Shown here piece after piece: positions 60,001-64,000 of a DNA stretch of 64,000 nucleotides; within the stretch, counting starts at the first letter, position 1; each line of letters starts with the position of its first letter. The notes below the pieces were generated by a model that saw nothing but the letters and a program-made list of their open reading frames with translations, ran no database searches and was not told the DNA's origin. This DNA is from Waterburya sp. (GTDB taxonomy: Bacteria; Cyanobacteriota; Cyanobacteriia; Cyanobacteriales; Xenococcaceae): positions 4,352,001 to 4,416,000 of the forward strand of contig CBDCJV010000002.1 in assembly GCA_965217895.1 (NCBI GenBank). Reading direction: 5' to 3'. The translations under genes were made by a program, and so were the position numbers.

Positions 60001-60669
60001 ATTAAAATTTGGAATCTTCAGGGAAAACTAATTAAGACTTTAAGCGATCATCAAGGAGCAATTATTGAACTAAACTTTAGTCCTGATGGCAAAACAATCG
60101 CCACTTCTTCTAGAGACGGTACTGTAAAGCTGTGGAAATGGTTAGATGAGACAAATACCATAACTACTCTCAGAGGACATCGAGACGTAGCATATAGCGT
60201 TGCTTCAAGTCCTGATAGTCAAACTTGGGTAACTTCTTCCTGGGATGGCACAATTAAACTCTGGAACGCTCAAGGGCAAGAACTAAAAACTTTTAGAGGA
60301 CATGAAAGTGAAGTCAACCAGGTTACTTTTAGTCCTAATGGTCAAACAATTGCCTCTGCTGGTGCTGATAAAACAGTACGACTATGGAATCTTCAGGGCA
60401 AAGAATTACTAAATCTCGAACGACACACCGCTAACGTTTGGTCAGTAGATTTTAGCCCCGATGGTAAAACTCTAGTTTCGGCTGGAGACGATCGCCATAT
60501 AATAATTTGGGATCTTGACCGCCTGGCTAAAATTAACTATTTTGAATATGGTTGCAATTGGATTTATGATTATTTAAAAACCAATCCCAATCTTGAACCA
60601 GGCGATCGCCGCCTTTGCGATTCATTAAGTTCAAAAGGGAATAATTCTGACAAATTTAACTCAAATTAG
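57082..60669 (+). CDS. AAA-like (AAA_35) ATPase - TM - 14 x WD40 repeat protein
   Basis: YQIGGSL, RQMGKSS, IFIDEIDS, RTPFNIG, WTGGQPFLTQK, QDEPEHL. Hydrophobic helix around aa 460-480, then 14 GH...W[DNKST] repeats. Confidence 0.92.
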   Translation: MNSYQYQIGGSLSVDAPCYIARTADSELLKALLKGEFCYVFNCRQMGKSSLRVQAKKRLEKAQMHCVSLDMSNIGSKNISPAQWYKSIAAELWRGFNLFGKVNFKTWWQENSELSSVQQLHYFISDVILPTLEAENIFIFIDEIDSVLSLDFSTDDFFALIRYFYNARAENPEFKRLTFALFGVATPSELISDHQRTPFNIGTAIALGGLEFPEVMSLAQGLFPLIDRSEALVKEIITWTGGQPFLTQKICNLVCDQITNALETVKIFPGGEAIWLERLVQQQIIDSWESQDEPEHLRTIRDRLLRDETRSGKLLGMYRRIWQESSIPIDNSKEQMDLLLSGLVVKHRATLVIRNRIYRAVFNLSWIDKQLDNLRPYSNQINNWIESNYLDKSRLLRGKAFNDAQAWAKDKILSDLDYRFLTASQELEQQKDRQNLEAARLQEVEIRLKAQKRNYKRQKFLIAALSIALCLATGLGLFACRQYYRAIASEQQIARSQRQTMVSVVEAIATSSQALFASDQRLESLVQALKAKVELNKLLVVEPELRVKVEHNLRRAVYGIQEVNRFSGHTGPVWSINFSPDQELILSTSEDRTAKLWKLDGTLLRTFKGHQAGVWAADFNQDQTRIVTASLDKTVKLWDIQGKLLKTLTGHQGRVWKVKYAPKDKLIASASWDKTVKLWTPAGDLITTLTGHGDRVQGIDFSADGKILATASWDKTIKLWDIEQSIKLKKPVLLATLSGHSDGVSDVSFAPDNQTIVSASRDGTLIIWNISQPTKPVLQNTLIGHEDRVNSVKYNQKTSEIVSTSDDKTVKIWSPKGDLITTLNGHSDRVVGLGVRADGEMIASGGFDQTIRLWQPQNNLQKTLEGHSDGVWNVDVSPDSRLIASASRDSTIKLWTIEGEFLRTFSGHRDRVNDVAFHPHGKFLASGSDDRDIIIWNLQGKIINKFLGHDSSVFTVAFSPDGKYLASASDNGEIKIWNLQGKLIKTLSDHQGAIIELNFSPDGKTIATSSRDGTVKLWKWLDETNTITTLRGHRDVAYSVASSPDSQTWVTSSWDGTIKLWNAQGQELKTFRGHESEVNQVTFSPNGQTIASAGADKTVRLWNLQGKELLNLERHTANVWSVDFSPDGKTLVSAGDDRHIIIWDLDRLAKINYFEYGCNWIYDYLKTNPNLEPGDRRLCDSLSSKGNNSDKFNSN

Positions 60670-60683
60670 CTGTTAGTCTTAAT

Positions 60684-61193
60684 TCAAGGACAGTACAAAG
60701 TATCTTTAGTGTTCCTGCCTGTAGCTGGATTAGTACCACTTGCTATTTCACACAGTTCTCTTTCGGTAGTGGGACTAAGTAAGGCATCGGTAAAATCTGC
60801 CCCTGTAATAGTTGCTCCTTTAAATAAGGCATTGGTTAAATATGCCCCTTCTAAATTGGCGTTGGTTAAATTGGCGCGAGTTAAACGAGTTGATTCTAAA
60901 CTAGCGTAACGTAAATCCGTACCTTCTAAATTGGTGTTGGCTAAATTGGCTCCAAAAAAACGTACTCCTGTTGCCTTAGAGAAGCTAAAATCAGCACCGT
61001 TCAAATTAGTGTGATCGAAGCTGGCATTGGTTAAATCTTGATTGGTGAAATCGGCATCGGTCAATACTTGTTTATTGTAGTCTGCACTCCAGGCTGGCAT
61101 TACGAATAAAAATAAGGTAACGATAAAAGTCACCATTAAAATCGAAAAACTAGTGACTATAGATGATAGTAAATGTTTGATCTGGATATCCAT
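60684..61193 (-). CDS. pentapeptide repeat protein (exported/lumenal)
   Basis: Signal peptide ending PAWSA, A[DN]L/F pentapeptides, C-terminal LC..ASGTNP.TGR.T..TL.C. Confidence 0.92.
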   Translation of the reverse strand: MDIQIKHLLSSIVTSFSILMVTFIVTLFLFVMPAWSADYNKQVLTDADFTNQDLTNASFDHTNLNGADFSFSKATGVRFFGANLANTNLEGTDLRYASLESTRLTRANLTNANLEGAYLTNALFKGATITGADFTDALLSPTTERELCEIASGTNPATGRNTKDTLYCP

Positions 61194-61389
61194 TGTTTTA
61201 ATTTAATATTTGATCCTCAAAGAAAATATTACCAATGAATAATAGACAATTATCACAATTATCGATATGGCAATACTTCTTAGCTATAGTAGAGCGATCG
61301 CTTCAATATTCGCAATCAAGCAATTTACTGTATCTTGTCAACGTGAGAAATGCTATAGGCGTATTTTATTACTATGAAATTTAAGAAGC

Positions 61390-61690
61390 TTAATATTGCA
61401 ATAATTATTGTTTCAACACTTATTGCAATAACAAAATTGCAATTTTATTAGGTATCTTGGCAACACAACTATTATGCTTTTACCGAAAATACAAAATTGA
61501 ATAAGGCAAAATTATTTTCTTACCTTATATTTAGATCAAAATGCTAATAATCATCTAAACACTTGCTAAATTTACAGTAAATCTTTACACTTATATTCGA
61601 GTTTTCCACATTTTTTTATTAGTTTTTCACAGCTTTTAAATGCAATATAAAGTTGCAAAAAATAATTGCATAAGTTGCATAAATGCAATT
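61390..61690. promoter_or_regulatory. AT-rich divergent intergenic region with clustered TTGCA palindromes and DnaA-box-like 9-mers
   Basis: TTATTGCAATAA and AAAATTGCAATTTT palindromes (~61420-61446). Further TTGCA/TGCAA at ~61640-61690. TTTTCCACA at 61602-61610 and TTTTTCACA at 61623-61631. Confidence 0.35.
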
Positions 61691-62016
61691 AGCAACGATT
61701 ATACAGCTATTTTAAATAAACTCTAAGTATAAGATTGAATAAAGATAATTTAAACTATTCATTCTAAGATTTGAGTTATTTTGAATGTTGACAAAATTTA
61801 AAATTATTAGAGAATGAATATTGAAATAACTTAAACATCTAAGCTCAAATTACATCTAGCTTAGATTAAGTTTTTATTTTATATTGTCAAAAGAAATAGT
61901 TGAATTATTTTGTACTTTTAGCTAAAATACATCCAATTAACATTAGGCATTACTTTCATTACAGCTAAAAACTACAGCAAGGTACGAACTGAATATTTAA
62001 TCTTATAGAAATAATA

Positions 62017-62274
62017 ATGAATCAAGAATATTGCGTCAGTGTAGAAGCAGAGATTAACAGCGAACTACATAAATCTCTGCTAGGATATCTGGACTCTCAT
62101 CCTTACTGGGATTTAAATAGAATGCTAAATGCTTCTCTATCTATGTTTATAATGCAAAATTGGAGCAAAGAAGATGGCTTGGAACAAAAAGATTATGACA
62201 CCTGTAGCCGTGTCTATTTAGACAGTATTTTTCATGAACATCGTACTTATGTACGGTATGAGCAGAACAACTAG
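62017..62274 (+). CDS. DUF2811 family protein
   Basis: EI..ELH..L..YLD.HP.WD..R...ASLS.F.MQN pattern. Confidence 0.8.
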   Translation: MNQEYCVSVEAEINSELHKSLLGYLDSHPYWDLNRMLNASLSMFIMQNWSKEDGLEQKDYDTCSRVYLDSIFHEHRTYVRYEQNN

Positions 62275-62374
62275 AGCTTAAGTTACAGCGAGATCGCTTC
62301 TTGAACGGGACTAATGCCCCCGTTTAGGAGGCTCGTTCCACTCGCAAAGACCGCGGAATGAATCTAGATAAAGT

Positions 62375-63166
62375 CTAAGAAGCACCTGGAACTTTTTGTA
62401 TTTGGGCATATCCGCTAAATAGCAAAACATTTCCTTCTGTTTGCAGACGATTTAAGCGCAGCTTGACACCATCTAGGTTGAATTTATCTAAATCCACCAT
62501 TTCATTAAGAATTTCACCTAAAGCAACGGTCAATTCTTGAGAGACATTTTGCAAATCTTGAGGTATGTCTTCTTGCTCAAACTGAATATCTTCAAATTTA
62601 ACTCTTCTACGTTTGTTAATTCCCAAAATGCAGCTTAGGCTTACAGGTATAACCTTATCTTCCCAGCTAGCTTTTGCTTCTAGCTTTACCCTGTTGTCTG
62701 GCAAGAGTTTTACTGTAACATCATTAAAAGATACAGGATTACCTTCAGATATAGCGGTTAAGCCATCGGGGGTTAAATTTTCTAAACGCTTTCTAACCAA
62801 ATCTGCCTCAAAAGATTTGTTGATATCAGCCTCAGATAATCTTACCTGAGCGATCGCCTGAGTGGGCTGTTTAAGGGCAATTTTTCCTTGAACTGCCGAA
62901 CTAAAATCAATTGCCACAGCATCTGTCTCAAAAGACATTTCTGCCGTCCGAAACTGCTTTTTAATCACCAAGCCACTGCCATTCATTTTAAAGCTATCGA
63001 TTGTACCCTGTAATAGCTTGCTAGAAGGATTGCATTTCACCGCAACTTCTACCGAATCGCTACTAGTGAATAAATGGCGGATTGTGTTGCTTGCAACAGT
63101 ATTGATAAGTTTTTCGCCCCAATCTCCGCCTTTATTATTACCAAAACTAACAAATCCACCAAACAT
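62375..63166 (-). CDS. DUF2993 (LmeA-like) family protein
   Basis: MFGG start, IRHLF..S.SVEV.V.C.PSSKLLQG.IDSF.M.G, L.E.DIN.SF, DLDKF.LDG. Confidence 0.8.
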   Translation of the reverse strand: MFGGFVSFGNNKGGDWGEKLINTVASNTIRHLFTSSDSVEVAVKCNPSSKLLQGTIDSFKMNGSGLVIKKQFRTAEMSFETDAVAIDFSSAVQGKIALKQPTQAIAQVRLSEADINKSFEADLVRKRLENLTPDGLTAISEGNPVSFNDVTVKLLPDNRVKLEAKASWEDKVIPVSLSCILGINKRRRVKFEDIQFEQEDIPQDLQNVSQELTVALGEILNEMVDLDKFNLDGVKLRLNRLQTEGNVLLFSGYAQIQKVPGAS

Positions 63167-63227
63167 AGAGTTATAGATTGAGTTACTCTTACCTTGTAAC
63201 AAATTATTAACAAGTCAGCAAATACGA

Positions 63228-64000
63228 TTATAGCCGACTAATGGATGAAACCCAGTCTGCTATCAGGCTATTAACTTGTTCGGGAATTTCGTCGTGAGGA
63301 CAATGACCTGCATCTAAATAATACTCTTTTAATTGGGGATAATACTGGCGAAATTTAATTCCTTGATCTCTAGCATTGATCCAGGGATCTTTTTCACCCC
63401 ACAAAATCAGCAAGGGACACTGCATCTGAGCGAGCAGTATATCTACTTTTTCTCCTTGAGGAGCTTTAAATACAGCATTGAATACTTCGGCTGAACCAAG
63501 ATCACAAGAAGGACGATAAATGTCTTCTACTAATTGATCGGTAACAGCAGAAGGATCGAAGTAAACTTTGTTTAAAGTCTGACGAATGACAAAGCGACGG
63601 CGTACATATTGAAATAACAAAAAGCTTGCCCACGGCTGTAATAAAATTGAACGTATTAGCTTACTGGCTGAATTAGGTTTTGTTTTTGGTTTGGCATCTG
63701 CTATGGTTTCGCTAAAAGGACCTGCACTATTAAGTAAAATTAAACCAGCGATAGATTGAGGATAGGCTGCTGCTACACAGATAGAAGCATAACCTCCAAG
63801 GGAATTGCCCGCTAAAACTGTAGGCTGCTTAATTATCTCTTGAATGAAGTCATGTAGCTGTTCTTGCCAGATATTTGCGCTATATTCTTGCTTGGGTTTA
63901 GCCGAACGACCAAAACCTAATAAATCGATCGCCCAAACCTGAAACTGTTCTTGTAGCTGGGCTATATTCTTACGCCAATGATCTGTAGATGCCCCAAAGC
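63228..64000 (-). CDS. alpha/beta hydrolase (5' end outside window)
   Basis: The frame stays open upstream of the listed ORF: FGASTDHWRKNI, AIDLLGFGRS, nucleophile GNSLGG, WGEKDPW, AGHCPHDE. Confidence 0.92.
   Translation of the reverse strand, partial: FGASTDHWRKNIAQLQEQFQVWAIDLLGFGRSAKPKQEYSANIWQEQLHDFIQEIIKQPTVLAGNSLGGYASICVAAAYPQSIAGLILLNSAGPFSETIADAKPKTKPNSASKLIRSILLQPWASFLLFQYVRRRFVIRQTLNKVYFDPSAVTDQLVEDIYRPSCDLGSAEVFNAVFKAPQGEKVDILLAQMQCPLLILWGEKDPWINARDQGIKFRQYYPQLKEYYLDAGHCPHDEIPEQVNSLIADWVSSISRL

Larger units (their letters stand above)
1..64000. repeat. HIP1 (GCGATCGC) highly iterated palindrome, dispersed
   Basis: Dozens of copies, e.g. 1003, 2753, 5623, 10332, 16438, 46923, 46986, 59159, 59561, 59807. 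Confidence 0.95.

Noticed and set aside
61194..62016. Replication origin oriC
   Set aside because: Only one perfect and one near DnaA box are present, and there is no dnaA/dnaN nearby.
62302..62360. Riboswitch or ncRNA (hairpins TGAACGGG/CCCGTTTA and TTCC..GGAA)
   Set aside because: It lies between convergent genes and matches no aptamer consensus. More likely a terminator or repeat remnant.
877..62849. Short (60-90 aa) ORFs nested in or antisense to long genes (e.g. 4140-4412, 15598-16368, 49096-49358, 59034-59261)
   Set aside because: Shadow frames of well-supported CDSs, with no independent motifs.

Overview
AT-rich cyanobacterial chromosome segment. The HIP1 octamer GCGATCGC occurs throughout, and the window holds a cyanobacterial-type 6S RNA and Uma2, HpsJ, pentapeptide, DUF2993 and DUF2811 genes. 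Positions 1-24 kb are mostly housekeeping: UPF0182, pdxJ, mqo, egtC-egtB, pmbA, a KirBac channel, sppA, dxr, a phosphomannomutase, 6S RNA, NAD kinase and MscS. Positions 24-57 kb hold a PFE/PEP-CTERM protein facing a ~31 kb minus-strand surface-glycan locus: 13 glycosyltransferases, 7 SAM methyltransferases, an asparagine-synthase-type amidotransferase, a Wzy-like membrane protein, Wzm/Wzt, Wzc and HpsJ. Positions 57-64 kb hold an AAA-like ATPase-TM-14xWD40 protein and conserved small genes. The most notable observations are: (1) a single-polypeptide MNT-HEPN antitoxin-toxin fusion plus a Uma2 nuclease inserted between wzm and wzt; (2) a Rof/YaeO-like Rho antagonist in a phylum that lacks Rho; (3) an unexplained GC-rich multi-stem element at 23.55-23.70 kb; (4) a candidate sRNA or 18-aa sORF with its own terminator at 9.2-9.4 kb; (5) a MITE with TIRs and a 5-bp TSD inserted into a hairpin; (6) a HIP1-bounded glycosyltransferase remnant. 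No CRISPR array, tRNA, rRNA or transposase gene was seen. All family calls come from motif recognition by eye, not database searches.
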